The notes: generated by a model not told the origin, from the sequence alone. Numbered from the stretch's first letter, positions 30,314 to 44,679 are shown. The stretch: 64,000 nucleotides of DNA from Eledone cirrhosa (GCA_964016885.1 OZ024750.1:42284001-42348000), one strand, 5' to 3'. Numbers and translations are program-made.

Positions 30314-30668
30314 TATATCTGCTTAATAATGAGAAAGAGATACACTACAAAATCTCTTGAAATTCTTGATTGTTTTCAAAATGATTTGAAAGTTATAGGC
30401 AGTGTATTTCATTAAAATATGGTAATGAAAGGGTTAAATAAGTGCTTATACTTGTGCATTATTGGAATAAATAAAGCTGGGATTTATACAAAGAACTCTA
30501 GATAGTATATATTTAAAGACACAGCTGTATAGTAGTACAGTTGAGTTGATTTTCAAGATACTGAACACAGATGTGCTTATGACTAATTAGTTTGTTTTGC
30601 ATACAAACTTAGATGAATCCAAATGCATATGTGTGTGTGTGTGTGTGTGAGTATGAAAGTGTGCATGC

Positions 30669-30703
<35 letters not shown>

Positions 30704-31369
30704 GTTCAAGAAATGACAAGACAAACACACAGTCTTAGTATTATGTGTAGTAGGAAGTAGAAGAGGGAGTGATGTTTTGGACATAAGTCCTTCATCAAGG
30801 TAATGAAGAGTTCAGAGAGAGAGAGAGAGAGATTGAAACATTAGCACATGTCGTGAACACACACACACATGCGGGCGCTATCATATCTATGAAAAATGAC
30901 AGGGTTTATATATAGTAAAGGATGATTAATTTAGTAATTCCTTAATTACAACATTCTATGTAACGATACTTCAATCTTTGATTATTAACTTTGTCCTTTC
31001 ACCTTGTGTCACTCTGACAATCTCCGTATTTTCATTTTATATTCATTTTAACTAATTACAATAACACGCTTTCTTTAATTATTATCAAATATCATCATCG
31101 TTTAACATCCATCCTCCACGTTAGCTTCGGTAGGACGAATTGTCCCTTTGTGAGAGATTACGTCAGGGGACTGTGATTTGCTCTCACAGAACTGATTTTG
31201 GCTTGGTTTCTATTGCTGGATGCCCTTCTTAACGCCAATCTACTAAATTATGACTTTGTTGTACTTAACTAAATATTGTTGGTGTTGTTGATGTTCTTGT
31301 TCGAAAATAGATCCATTGGTTGGTAGTTACCTTAGTTTCTATATCATTATCATTATTATCATTAATATT

Positions 31370-31566
31370 ATTGTTTCTACTTTTGGCACAAGGCCAGCAA
31401 TTACCCAATGCATTACTGGTACTTTATTCTATCGACCCCGGAAGGATGAAAGGCAAAGTTAACTCACCGGGGTTAACTTTGCCTTTCATCCTTCCGGGGG
31501 TCGATAGAATAAAGTACCAGTAATGCATTGGGTAATTGCTGGCCTTGTGCCAAAAGTAGAAACAAT
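31370..31566. repeat. Fold-back palindrome of a SINE 3' half (94/95-bp arms, 8-nt spacer)
   Basis: The arms are reverse complements except for one extra G. Confidence 0.92.
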
Positions 31567-31885
31567 TATTATTTCCATTATTATGGATTGGCAGAATCGG
31601 TAGAGGGTCGGACGCCATGCTTTCCAGCATAGTTACGTCCCTTTAGATCTGAGTTCAAATCCCGCCGAGGTTGACTTTGCCTTTCATCCTTACAGGGTCG
31701 ATAAAATAAAGTACCAGTAATGAACTGGGTAATTGCTGGCCTTGTGCCTAAAGTAGAAACAATTATTATTTTTGTGCATCATTACTGCTTTACTGAGCAC
31801 AGCTCTGTGCATCTTGGGTATGTGCAGTGTAGTTTTTGCTGATGTTGTTTCTATTGTACTGATAGTACGTCTTATAATATCTGTG

Positions 31886-31945
<60 letters not shown>

Positions 31946-32087
31946 TCATCATCATCGTTTAATGTCGATCTTCCACGCTAGCATGGGTTAGACGGGAATT
32001 GTCCCACTTGAGGCAAGATTGATCGGGTGACCGTGTCTCGCTCATATAGGACTATCTAGCAGGTTTTCTCTCTCTCTCTCTCTCTAC

Positions 32088-32293
32088 GTTATTCCGAGTT
32101 AATCGGAGGTAACCACAGTAAGTAAGGTACTCAATACATAGCAGAGTATAACAGTTTTAATATAGATGAGATTCTACAGGACTAGAACTGTTTCATTCTT
32201 TAGAAATCATCAGGTATCAGTAATACACTGGGATAATTGCTGGCCTGATGATTTCTAAAGAATGAAAAACAGTTCTAGTCCTATAGAATCTCA

Positions 32294-32298
<5 letters not shown>
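32088..32298 (-). mobile_element. Family D hammerhead element with an inverted second ribozyme copy
   Basis: Minus-strand motif at 32170-32218 and plus-strand motif at 32245-32290. Confidence 0.75.
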
Positions 32299-32327
<29 letters not shown>

Positions 32328-34240
32328 CAAAGATATATTTAATTTGTTGGTAATTCAACAAATTTATTTATAACAGATTCGAAGCACTCAACAAGTTTCC
32401 TGGAGTATAATATCAATGATATTAATAAATGGAAACTATATTTATAAAACCATATTTTTTTTTTTATTATATATATTTCAAGGGTACCAAAAACTTTGTT
32501 TTATAAATAGTGACATCCCCAGGAAACCAGACCTTATCGGTTCAGGTTCAGTTTGGATATCCAACTAATATTGTAGGTATTGTTGTTTTCATTTTCCACA
32601 TTCAAGTTATTTCTATCTCATTATTGTTATTATATAGGGTCATGGATTGGCAGTATCGGTAGAGGGTCGGACGCCATGCTTTCCAGCATAGTTACGTCCC
32701 TTTACGATCTGAGTTCAAATCCCGCCGAGGTTGACTTTGCCTTCCATCCTTACGGGGTCGATAAAATAAAGTACCAGTAATGCACTGGGTAATTGCTGGC
32801 CTTGTGCCTAAAGTAGAAACAATTATTGTTATTATACTGGTGTAAGGTTGTTACAACCTTAGTTTTTATATTATTACTATCATTATTGTTATTATACTGG
32901 TGTAGGTTGGAAGGGTTTGTAAAGTCTTAGTTTTTATTTAAAGTTACTGACTTCCTAAATAAGTCAGTGGACATCTCACTTGTAAAATCCCATTTTTTTT
33001 TACAGGATGAAACCAATAAACCTTTGGTAATAACAAAATTATATTACTTTATATAAATTTGATTGATATATAATATCTATCTAGCTTTGGTAATAAACAA
33101 TTATTACTTTATATAAGATTATATAGACATATAATATTATATATATACACACACACCTTTGTTAATAATGAAATTATATTAGTTTAGCATCGTCGTCATC
33201 ACCATTTAACATCCGCCTTCAAAGTTTTTATATAAAATCATATTGATATCTATCTATCTATCAACCAAAATTATATTACTTTATATAAAATTATATTGAT
33301 ATCTATCTATGTCTATTTATTTATCTATCTATTTATCTATCTATCGACCAAAATTATATTACTTTATATAAAATTATATTGATATCTATCTATCTGTCTA
33401 TTTATTTATTTATCTATCTATTTATCTATCTATCGACCAAAATTATATTACTTTATATAAAATTATATTGATATCTATCTATCTGTCTATTTATTTATCT
33501 ATCTATTTATCTATCTATCGACCAAAATTATATTACTTTATATAAAATTATATTGATATCTATCTATCAAGGTTTACACGTTTTTATTGTATGTAAACTT
33601 TCCCCTTTGTATTTGTCTCCTTATTTTGTGCTCCTGTGGCTAATAAAGAAACATATCTATCAAGGTTTGGTAATAACAAACAAAATTATATTACTTTATA
33701 TATAATTATGTAGACATATATGATATTATATTTATCTGATCAGGTAAACTTGGATAATAATATTATATAAAGTTATATTAATTAAATGATGTTATGTAGC
33801 AATCACCTATTTTTACCTGTTATTATCATTTTTTATTTTTTTGTTACCTGATAAAACTCTTATCAAATGGTTATTTAGTTTGTTATTGTTACAACCATTG
33901 ATAATAATGGGACAGCTCGTCTAACCCATGCTAGCACGGAAAAATCAATGTTAAACGGTGATGATATAATGTATGACATATTTTGAATGAATATTTTGTA
34001 GACCCCTTTGCAATGCTCAATAAACACAACATTTTTGTAGAGCTTACCAGTAGGTAGAGTATTTAATAATAAAACAAAAAAGATAGAATCGTTTTTTTTT
34101 TAAGTTATTTTATTGAATATATATTCCATTTAATTCCTTGATATATATGGGATAGAAAGTTGGGGAAATATGAATTTACAGGGAAGAATGTGTAATTCAT
34201 ATTCAAGAAATAACAGTTTTGGAAATGTTAATGGAACCTG

Positions 34241-34420
34241 GTAAAATTCCGTTATAACGAATAACATTATAACAAACTTTTCAGTAAACAAATTATTTTC
34301 AATGCCTGAGGTAATAACAAACAAATGCTCGATTTGTTTTGGTTGATCTCGTTATAAAGAAATTTTTGTTACAACAAATTTTTTTTTATCCCGGAATTTC
34401 GTTATAACGGAATTTCACTG
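34241..34420. mobile_element. Tc1/mariner-pogo-type MITE remnant
   Basis: TIR aaattccgttataacga / tcgttataacggaatttcactg|TA. Confidence 0.55.
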
Positions 34421-34475
34421 TATTTCTTGTTTTGTTTCAGTTTTTACATTTCTATTTCTTTTCATTTCATTCCAG

Positions 34476-34504
34476 GTTCAACAATGAAATTAATTCTTCA
34501 CTTG
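34476..34504 (+). other. Candidate 29-nt micro-exon of an unidentified host gene
   Basis: Polypyrimidine tract plus ttccag|GTTCAACAATGAAATTAATTCTTCACTTG|gtaagt. Confidence 0.35.
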
Positions 34505-35507
34505 GTAAGTTTTTTAAAACTTCTATTTCACTTTGTTAAAATGGTAGACTTATTAGATCAAGTTGAATCTTTCATCACCATCATTTAACTTTCCCTGCAA
34601 GAGTTTCACCAGTTTTCACAGACCAAGTCTGTACTCGCGCAGGTCTACTGTCCTCCCAGACAGTCTGGAGGCTTACATCTTACTTACATAGGGTTCTCCA
34701 TTCTACTGAGTGCATTTTCTTGTGGCACCAGCTCTAGGGAGCTTGCCATGTCTTTGACACAACTGAAGGATTCTCCCAAGCTTTTGTTTGCAAGTTTTAG
34801 AATGTTGAATGCCTTTCCTAAAAGCACCCATTTTACAATGTGTATTGAGTGTGTTTATCACGTAGATCACCAACACTAGGGAGGCTGTCGTGTTCTTGAC
34901 ACAACTGGGGGTAGGGGGTCGTCTCAACTCTTTGGTTTTCCCTTTCAACAAATTATCTTTCTGAACTATAACTTGTCTCCCTCCAACCCTTTTCCTTCAA
35001 AACAAGGCTACATCTTATACATGTGCCTTGTAACCTGAGGGAGGGGAATAAATTGCAGTAATTGAAAACATGTTTTTAATTTCTACTTGACAATTCATTT
35101 ACTTAGATATGTTCCTGTGAGATTTCCAAGTATTAAACTAAGTTATAATTTCGTTTAAAACCGAGTCTATAATATGTATAAATTTGAAACTAACAAAATA
35201 TCCAAACTAGCAGAGGAATTCAAATAATATTTCCCCTTCTCTTTGTAACCCCATAGGGCTTATTAACAGAATAAACTCTCTGCTGCTTTCTTCAAGGGCC
35301 AAAAGCAACATTTTGAATAAATGCACATATAAACACCATATACACCGTATAAACACTTCCCAACGTTTGAGGTTTATCAAGATTTCTATTAAATTTCCAG
35401 CAATAGATAGAAAATGTTGTTTCAGGTGTTCTTCATTTGGGAATTGTGTGTGTGTGTGTGTGTGTGTGTTTATATATATATAGTAATAATAACAATATAA
35501 GTATATT

Positions 35508-35850
35508 CATTCATTCATTCATTCATTTCATTTTACGTCCACCCTTTCCCTGCTTGAAAGGGTGGGACGGGAACTGATTCTGGCTTGATTTCTACAGCTG
35601 GATGCCCTTCCTAACACCAACCTCATTTACAGTGAGTGCTGGGTACTTTTTTGCCGTGGCACCCCCACGACCACTTTGCAGTGGAATGATAGGGACCCCA
35701 ATCCTATCATCTCATTTCTACAGCTGAGTAAACTGGAACAATGTGAAATAAAGTGTCTTGCTCAAGGAAACAACACATCACTCGGTTTGAGAATTGAACT
35801 CACAACCTTTTGATTGTAAGGCCAATGCTCTAACCACTAAGCCATGTGCC
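35508..35850 (-). mobile_element. tRNA-derived CORE-type SINE with RTE-like tail
   Basis: Near-identical to 13566-13897. Confidence 0.85.
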
Positions 35851-35853
35851 TCC

Positions 35854-35967
<114 letters not shown>

Positions 35968-35988
35968 ATTTAACATTTAATATCTGTA

Positions 35989-36048
<60 letters not shown>

Positions 36049-36284
36049 ATACATGTGTGTGTAATTGAATTAAGCAATAAAGAAGGAAATATTTAGGAAT
36101 TGAAAGGGATTCCTTCAAAGCTATAATTGTAAGGAAAGTAAATATTGAAGGATTTCGGTTGAAAATGTGAAGTGATTCAACAAAAAGAATCCAATGTGTC
36201 CAAGAACTCTATTAACCGTTTAATTATGGTATTTTTAATGAAATACACCACTTATATGTTTCAATTAATCCTGAAAAATAACCA

Positions 36285-36750
36285 ATATACATACATGCAC
36301 ACATATATATATATATATATGTACGTATGGAGTCACCGAACATTTATTATAATGCTCGGTTTGTTTGTAAACAAACATCCCGAATTAAGCCGTACAGTGT
36401 TTAGCAACCATCGTTGCCCTTTTGTTCAACACTGTACGGCTTAATTCGGTGCTGACGATAGCTAATAAACTTGAAACTAGTACATCGTTCCTTTGTCAGT
36501 GTTGAACAAAATGGCAACGATGGTTGCTAAACACTGTACGGCTTAATTCGGGATATTTGTTTACAAACAAACCAAGCATTATAATAAATGTTCGGTGAAT
36601 CCATACGTACATATATATATGTGTGCATGTATGTATATATATACATACTACTGTACGTCTGTATACATATATGTATGTATGTATACATACTTATATTTAA
36701 GTAACAGCCGTACTAAGAGTGAGAAATGAAATTTCGTTTCATTTTTTCCA
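36285..36750 (+). mobile_element. Family C hammerhead element with a 5' inverted arm
   Basis: cggtg CTGACGA tagct aata aactt GAAA ctag TA catcg at 36447-36487. Segment 36285-36434 is inverted relative to 36497-36638. Confidence 0.78.
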
Positions 36751-36769
36751 TTTATATATATATATATAA

Positions 36770-36976
36770 GGAAGGAAATGTGGTAAGGAACCAGATGGAC
36801 CATAACGCACCAAAGTACTCAATACTTAAGGTAGTAGAGTGGGAAATAGGAACGAGTAGGCGGCTGAGCTCAAGCCGTTTCGACGGCTAATTCTGGATTA
36901 AAAGCAGACCGTTTTTAGTCCAGAATTAGCCGTCGAAACAGCTTGAGCTCAGCTGTCAGGGTCCTACTCGTTCCTA
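36770..36976 (-). mobile_element. Family H element, folded back
   Basis: Homologous to 7846-8024. Palindrome centred at ~36905. Confidence 0.7.
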
Positions 36977-39101
36977 TATATATATATATATAAGGGTGGC
37001 CCTTAGCAATAGTTAATTTTCCGAAAATTAAAATATTGCTGCTCCCACCCTCTAATCCAATCATCAAAGAAACGGGGTTGTGCAACATTTCAGCTCTCGA
37101 CCATTTTCTTTTTTCTCCTTAGAGAAATTTGTGGACACATCCAGTCAACCCTCACTTCCCTTCCTTCGCCCTCTATTCCCTCTCATCTCCTTCCCCTGCT
37201 ACCCCATATCCCCCCCCCCATATCTCCTTACTCTCCTTTTCTCCTTGCTCTCCTTTTCTCCTTGCACTCCCTCTCTCCTTGTGTCTATGTACTTGTTTAT
37301 GTACAAATACAATGAGAAAAGGGGAGCAAGGAGAAATATGAAAGCAAGGATAGTAAGGAGAGTATATATATATCAAATAATTGTTTCTACTTTTGGCACA
37401 AGGCCAGCAATTAACCAGTGCATTACTGGTACTTTATTTTATCGACCCCGTAAGGATGAAAGGCAAAGTTAATCTCGGCGGGATTTGATCAAATAATATT
37501 AAGAAATTTAGTATTATATAATATATACACTCTACTTTCCTTAAGTATAGATTACTAAGTTGAATAATGGTCTTAACCAGTAAGAAACACCCCACCCCTA
37601 TATAAAAGAATGGTTTTCTGGAGAGAACTGGAATGGAACCACAGTTAAATAAGGTACTCAATACATTAGTAGAAGGTACATATTTGACATAGAAATCATT
37701 CCTATAGGACTAGAACTGTTTCATTCTAGTGTTGGGTTTATTCCCACTGCAGTCATATATCCCCTAAAAGGAAAACAGCCTTCCATTTTCCTCCATAATA
37801 ATAATAATAATTGTTTCTACTATAGGCACAAGGCCAGCAATTTGAAGGGGGAGGGGAAAGTTGACTAAATCGACCCCAGTGCGTTACTGGTACTTTATTT
37901 TATCGACCTCCGTAAGGATGAAAGGCAAAGTTTACCTTGGTAGGATTTGAACTCAGATCATAAAGGGCCGTAACTCTATGCCACAAAGCATGGCGTCTGA
38001 CCCTCTACCAATACTGCCAATCTACCACCCTTAATAATAATAATTGCAAAGGGGTTTTCAATTGATCAATTAAAAAAAAGTTTGATAATTAAATATATAA
38101 ACCAAGATAAGATGTGGAAGGTTATTATAATATCGTAGGATTTGCCACCAGCAAGTATTTTTCCTGCACAAAATATCTCATTATTGAGGGATATCATCAT
38201 TTTAATTATCACAAGATATCTTGTGATCAGGTCTTAAAGGTGTTTATTGATCTTTCATAGTTAGATGTTTTGATCATTACTATGTCACTGACCAACCCCG
38301 AAATACTGACGCAGCCATAAATTTGTCAGGATTCCCCCCTCTTCCTTTTTACCATTTCCTCCATCTTAATTAGATAGTAGATTCGTAAAATATACTCCAA
38401 CCAATTAGTGTATAATTTCAATTAATCACTGAGGCAAAATTGCTACTAATTGGATAACATTTTGATTATCAGTGGGATTTTTTTTTTTTGTCTTTGTTTG
38501 TTTGATCCCTCCTCTCCACCGCCCATGTCATATATCTTAAAACCCTTTAAGCCCTTTTCACAAGATATCTTGTGAAAACTAAAAGTACAAAGTAAGTCTT
38601 AAGGATTAAAGGTTTTGTAGCAGCCTTAGTTAATTTTTCTCTTCAGAAAATTAATTTATTTTATCAGTTCCCAGCTTGTTAAATGTGACAATCCTTGCAG
38701 CTAGTTTAAGACACTGGTGTAAACATGAAGAGATCCGAGTGTTCAGATGTTAGATGTATATAAGACAAGCAATCTCCTTGTCTCGGTTTACATATGAGGG
38801 TCAGCTGAACTGTTAGGTTGACTAAGATACTCTCATGGAATGACCAAATGGGGTTTATTTTTCAACATAGTCTCTGGAAAGAAACAATGCAGTTGTTAAT
38901 AAGAAGAGTTGAAATTAATGAACGAGAAGAGTTTAAATTAATGCACCCAAGATTTCACAGCCCTAGCATTACTCATCTCCTTTTGGTACAAAGCCATTTG
39001 AAACTATCCCTGGTTCTACGATACAAGCCCTTTTGTTTAAAAATTTCTATATTTATCTAAAAGCCTTCTTTCATAATTTTATGTAAGAACCTTTAAGATA
39101 T

Positions 39102-39627
39102 GTTTAACATTTTAACATTTAAACTGGCCATATCTGGCCAGAATTCTCTCACCACTTTCTGTTCAAACCAGTTGTAACTGGTTATTCATACTAATGTTAA
39201 GGTATTGTTCTCAAAATAAATAATATCAGAATCTCATAAATTTGATATTATGTGAGATATGTAAGGTAAAGGCTTTACTGTGAAAATACAATAGTATATA
39301 TAGAGTAATGTAAATGTTATGTAAGATATTATGTAAGATAAAGACTTTACTGTGAAAATACAATAGTATATATAGAGTAATGTAAATGTTATGTGAGGTA
39401 AAGCCTTTACTGTGAAAATACAATAGTATATATAGAGTAATGTAAATGTTATGTGAGGTATTATGTGAGATAAAGCCTTTACTGTGAAAATACAATAGTA
39501 TATATAGAGTAATGTAAATGTTATGTGAGGTAAAGCCTTTAATGTGATAATACAATAGTATATATAGAGTAATGTAAATGTTATGTGAGATATTATGTGA
39601 GGTAAAGCCTTTACTGTGAAAATACAA
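39102..39627 (+). mobile_element. Family A MITE with internal ~57-70-bp tandem expansion
   Basis: 'tgtgaggtaaagcctttactgtgaaaatacaatagtatatatagagtaatgtaaatgtta' is repeated about 6 times. Confidence 0.8.
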
Positions 39628-40386
39628 CTCAAAGTTCTCTGTTATTGTCAACATTTTGGGATTTTATGGAATGTCTTTCATAAGAAACCTGATAATAAAA
39701 GTGTTAATTTGGCTATTTTGACTTTTTCTTCCAACTTAAGAAACCATAATGATGCTCCAAGCTGAATATAATCCTGCTAAAAAAAAAAATTTAGTCATTT
39801 TTGCCAGAAAATTTAGTCATTTTTGCTGTAAAATTAAGAACGTCTGCACCCCACATCAAATGGTAGGAATAACATACACTGATTCCCTACAGTTACAGTG
39901 AAACTTCATTTATATATGTTGTCATTTTGGTTTATTTACTATTTTCTTTTGAAAATAGTAAATGTTTCAGATGTAGTTAGTATATGAAGGGTGATACCCA
40001 GAAACATTAGTGTCTGCAGTTCTATTTACAAGCCAACACAAGAGCAAGAATGAAGGGCTCATTCTACTGACATGGCTATAAAATTGAGGCTTGTTTGCAT
40101 AATTGCAAACGAATCGAATGTTATTATTAATATTCGAAAAACTCAGATTACATTTATTGTATTCAGCCATGTAGAGCGAAATTTTCTTATATGTGTGTGT
40201 GTGTGTGTGTGTGTGTGAGTGAGTGTATACAACTTCCTTGGCTGATATTTCATAAAATTTCAACTAAACACCTTCCAGGTCTCTCTTTTAAAACTCCTAG
40301 TTTCCTCTTATAGGTTCCATGTTGCAAATTGAAAGATTTCAGGTCAAATTCTTAGTTATTATTTTGAAGGGTTTATTGAAGGTATA

Positions 40387-40591
40387 TTAACCCTTTAGTG
40401 TTCAAACCGGCCAGAATTCTCTCCCTCTTTCTGTTGAAACTGGCTGTAACTGGTCGCTCAAACTGATGTTAAGGTATTGTTCTCAAAATAAATACTTTCA
40501 AAATCTCATAGATTCAATATTATGTGAGGTAAAGCCTTTACCATGAAAATACAATAGTATATATAGAGTAATATGAATGCTAAAGGGTTAA
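40387..40591 (+). mobile_element. piggyBac-type MITE (family A)
   Basis: TTAA CCCTTTAG...CTAAAGGG TTAA. Confidence 0.85.
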
Positions 40592-41552
40592 GAGGTCACA
40601 TTCTGATAGATATTTCCTACCAAGATAGAGCTCAGTCATGTCTAGGTTTACTTACACATGGAATCAAATCTGGTTTTATGTGGTACATTGGCCAAGTTGA
40701 TGAATTATAATTAGCAGTGAAATTATAGACGGCCAACAAGAACGATTTCATGGTCCTTTCCCTTGTTAAAGTAGGGATAGTCATGGACCCAAATTAAAGA
40801 AGGGATTGTCGTGGACCCGAGTTAAAGTAGGGATTGTCGTAGACCCAAGTAGGAATTGTCATGAACCCAAACACCTGATAAATCATGAGAAAGTTATATT
40901 ACTCAATCCCTCCAAATTCCCTCCAAACTCATAGTATTTCATTAGAAATATGTTAAAAAATGGTTAATTAAAACCAGTTTGTATCTATGTGGTGGAGTGG
41001 GGGAAGCAAAACCTTTTTTAAAAAAAACCTCTTTAAGTTATTATATATAATAACTATTGTATGTGGCACTGGTTCTGAGTTTTATTTTCCAAATATTCCA
41101 GAAGCCATATCAATATTATATGCACAATCTCTGCCACTGAAAATATCAGACATAAAGTGAAACCAAATTTGTTTTGGAGAGAGAATTTATGATCATCACC
41201 ACCACCACCATCATCACCATCACTATCACCACCGCCGCCATCATTATCACCACCACCATCATCATCACCACCACCACTGCCATCATCACCATCAGCACTA
41301 TCACCACCACCACCACCACTGCTACCATTGCCATCATCAGCACTCAGCACCACCACCACCACTACCACCCTCATCACCACTATCATCATCACCACTATCA
41401 TCATCACTACTACCACCATCATTTTTATGTCCACTTTTCCCTGCTGTCAGGGGTTAGGTGGGGGTGTTTTGAGACAATGTGTTACAGTCAGATACTCTTC
41501 CATGATGCCAACCCTTTTTAGTTACTTTTTATGATATGTATACTATTCTAAT

Positions 41553-42030
41553 ATATCTGCCGGCCAAACTGAAAAGGGATTTCTTCAGAGCTGCTGTGGA
41601 ATCTGTGCTTGTTTATGGCTCTGTCACTTGGACGCTAACGTCGATACTGGAGAAAAAGCTAGACGGTGCACACACACACACACGTATGCTCCGAGCTGCT
41701 TTAAACGTATTCCTTGGAGGGAACACCCAACAAATAAGGATCTCTATGGCAATATACCACCTATCAGCAGGTCAATATGTGGACAGAGACTCAGATTTGC
41801 TGGCCACTGTTGGCGCTGCAAGGAAGAAATAGGTGGTGGTGTGTTGTTATGGAGTCCATCTCATGGAGCAAGAAACGCTGGTCGTCCCAAGAAGACATAA
41901 CGTCAAGCAACTTGAGGGCGATACTGGATGCACTGCGGAAGAACTGGCAAACGCTATGAGAGACAGAGATGGATGGAGGAAGCGTGTCGTAGAAAGCCGA
42001 GCAAGCTCGACCTGATGATTGTGGTGATGA
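41553..42030 (+). pseudogene. Frameshifted 3' fragment of an RTE-like LINE ORF2
   Basis: Across frames: FFRAAVESVLVYGSVTWTLT, RMLRAALN, RLRFAGHCWR, GRP, MRDRDGWRKRV. A TGA-type tail follows. Confidence 0.75.
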
Positions 42031-42051
42031 TATGCATGAAATGTGTGTGTG

Positions 42052-42119
<68 letters not shown>

Positions 42120-42221
42120 TGTGTGTGTGAAAAGTAAATTGGAAACAACACAACAGAACAATACAGTACAGTGAATATGTATAAATATATTAGTTTAACA
42201 CTTGAAAAAGTAGGAAAAGAG

Positions 42222-42258
42222 TTTTAAATGTTTCAGACGTAAGTCCTTCATCAGAATA
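42222..42258 (-). ncRNA. Minimal hammerhead motif (family E), stem III decayed
   Basis: Minus strand reads CTGATGA a ggac ttac gtct GAAA cattta. Confidence 0.55.
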
Positions 42259-42724
42259 TAGAATGTGAAAGAAAAGAAGAAATAGAAAGATAGAGGAGAG
42301 TGGGGGAAAAAGAAGAAACAAAAAAATACATTGAAGGGAGATAATGCATGTGTATGTTCAGTTAGACATTTTGAGCGTGTATATATGTGTATATATATGT
42401 GTGTATAAATATATGTATGTGTAGATATATAGATATATGCTACCTAACCCATGCTAGCATGGAAGATGGACGTTAAATGATGATGATGATGATGATGTAT
42501 ATATATATATATGTGTGTGTGTGTGTAAAATGCAGAAATGCTATAAAGATTACTTATAAAATAGGGTTAAAACCCTTAAGGGACGGAAAAAGAGGTTGCC
42601 ATTGGTTAGACATGTATATATACATACATACATACATATTTATAAGATTCGAAGCACTCGACAGGTTTTCTGGAGTATTATCAATGATATTAATAAATGG
42701 AAACTATATTTATAAAACCATATT

Positions 42725-42785
42725 TATTTTATTATATATATTTCAAGGGTACCAAAATTTTGGTGCGCTCTCATCAGATAAAATA
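42725..42785 (-). ncRNA. Hammerhead motif (family J)
   Basis: Minus strand reads tattttat CTGATGA gagcgcacca aaattt tggtaccctt GAAA tatata TA ataaaata, with an 8-bp stem I. Confidence 0.7.
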
Positions 42786-43339
42786 CAAAATTTGTTTTAT
42801 AAATGGTGACATATCCAAGAAACCAGACCTTATTGGTTTAGGTTCAGTTTGGATATGGTTTTATAAATATAGTTTCCATTTATTAATATCATTAATATCA
42901 TTTAAATATATATATAATCCTGTCGAGTGCTTGAATTTAATTGCTTCATTGTCTATGGAATATATATATATATATATATATATATTGTTATGCTTTGAGA
43001 GGGTCATGTTGCCAATAAGAAACACATGCACCAGTTGCTTTCACTCCAATTTATTATAAATTTAAGAATTTATAAATTTACGGTTGTTTGGTTGGTTCCA
43101 TAACCGGATGGTTGTTCATATATTGTCAAAGTTCTTTCGTCACACATTCTGTGACCTCTTTGTTTTGTGCCTCTCCTTTGTTCTGTCCTACGCCATCTTG
43201 TTTTTGTGTGTTGTGTGCTTAGTTTGTGCATGTGTTACATCCGGGTGTCTGTGTCTGTTTTTATTTGTTTATTTATTTGTTTATTTACATGTTACTGGTT
43301 GGTTGTTTGTTCTATGTGTGTGTGTGTGTTTTCATTTTG

Positions 43340-43745
43340 TCCTTAATTGTAAGTTGTGATGTTGCTATTCCATTCATGTTTTCTATTTAATTTTGGTTAG
43401 AGTTCATTTATGTTTATTGCTTCTGTGATTTGTCTAAACATTGCGTCTTTTCTGTGTGTAGATTCTATTTTTATTTCTATGTTCTCTAATTAGCCCTTAT
43501 GTTCTATTTTAGCATGTTGGGGGAGTATTCATGATTCTTTTTTATCTTGAAGTTCTCGCCAGTGTTCATTTAACCGTTCTCCTATACTACGAGCTGTCTC
43601 ACCTATGTACACTATATTCTTATCTTTACATTGTCCTTCAGTACATCTTATGCTATATACTACATTTCTAGTTTTACAGTTAAGCATAACAATATCGGTT
43701 TCAACACACGTTTTCAGATAAAGAATCTTGCTAAACAAATTCAGA
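43340..43745 (-). pseudogene. Penelope-like element GIY-YIG endonuclease remnant
   Basis: NCKTRNVVYSIRCTEGQC..VYIGETARSIGERLNEH, continuing with stops as HAKIEH..RQITEAINI..PKLNRKHEW. Confidence 0.8.
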
Positions 43746-43770
43746 AACGAAATATATATTTATATATATA

Positions 43771-44028
43771 TCACCTTGATCACCTTGACCGACCAGACTG
43801 TCGGGCGCCAATCGGCGCCGCTGGTCACAGCACGTCGTGCTGTTTTAGCCATAAGATAATGCCATCCCACTGGCTGGGCAGGCTGGTACTCATTTCTACG
43901 GCTGAGTAAACTGGAGCAACGTGAAATAAAGTGTCTTGCTCAAGGAAACAACACATCACCCGGTCCGAGAATTGAACTCACAACCTTTCGATTGCAAGCC
44001 CAATGCCCTAACCACTAAGCCATGCGCC
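43771..44028 (-). mobile_element. tRNA-derived CORE-type SINE, third tail type
   Basis: Same head and core, with a tail ending (CAAGGTGAT)2. Confidence 0.8.
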
Positions 44029-44030
44029 TT

Positions 44031-44063
<33 letters not shown>

Positions 44064-44512
44064 CATCATCAACGTCTATCTTCCACACTAGCATGGGTTA
44101 GACGGGTCCCATTTACAGGCAAGTTGGGTCGGGTGACCGTGTCTCGCTCATATGGAGGGGGGGGGGGGGGGGGTGTTCCGGCTTGTTTTCTATGGCTGGG
44201 TGCTTTTTGCCCTGTCTTTTACACGTCCACTTTACAGTGTGGGCTGGGGCATACTGTACATATTCTTCATCTTTATAAGATGATACAAAACCAATGTTAT
44301 ATCTAAAGACAGCCTATCTTAGAGAATCCACTTTGGTAAACAGTCATTAGTTTGGCTGTTAACCACATTGTAGAACAAAGACCATGAATGGTATTTTTAT
44401 ATTCTATTAGGTAATATTTTGTAAATATTATGTAATGGAGTTTTGTCTACAAATTACTAAATTACACCCACATAATTTATTCTATATAGTGTCTGATATA
44501 TATGTATTTATC

Positions 44513-44565
<53 letters not shown>

Positions 44566-44609
44566 ATGACTACATATGTGTGTGTATATATGTATATATG
44601 TATGTACAT

Positions 44610-44642
<33 letters not shown>

Positions 44643-44647
44643 GCACG

Positions 44648-44679
<32 letters not shown>

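Noticed and set aside
43960-44028. tRNA gene
   Set aside because: A/B boxes are present, but the sequence continues into a SINE core and is multi-copy, so it is a SINE head.
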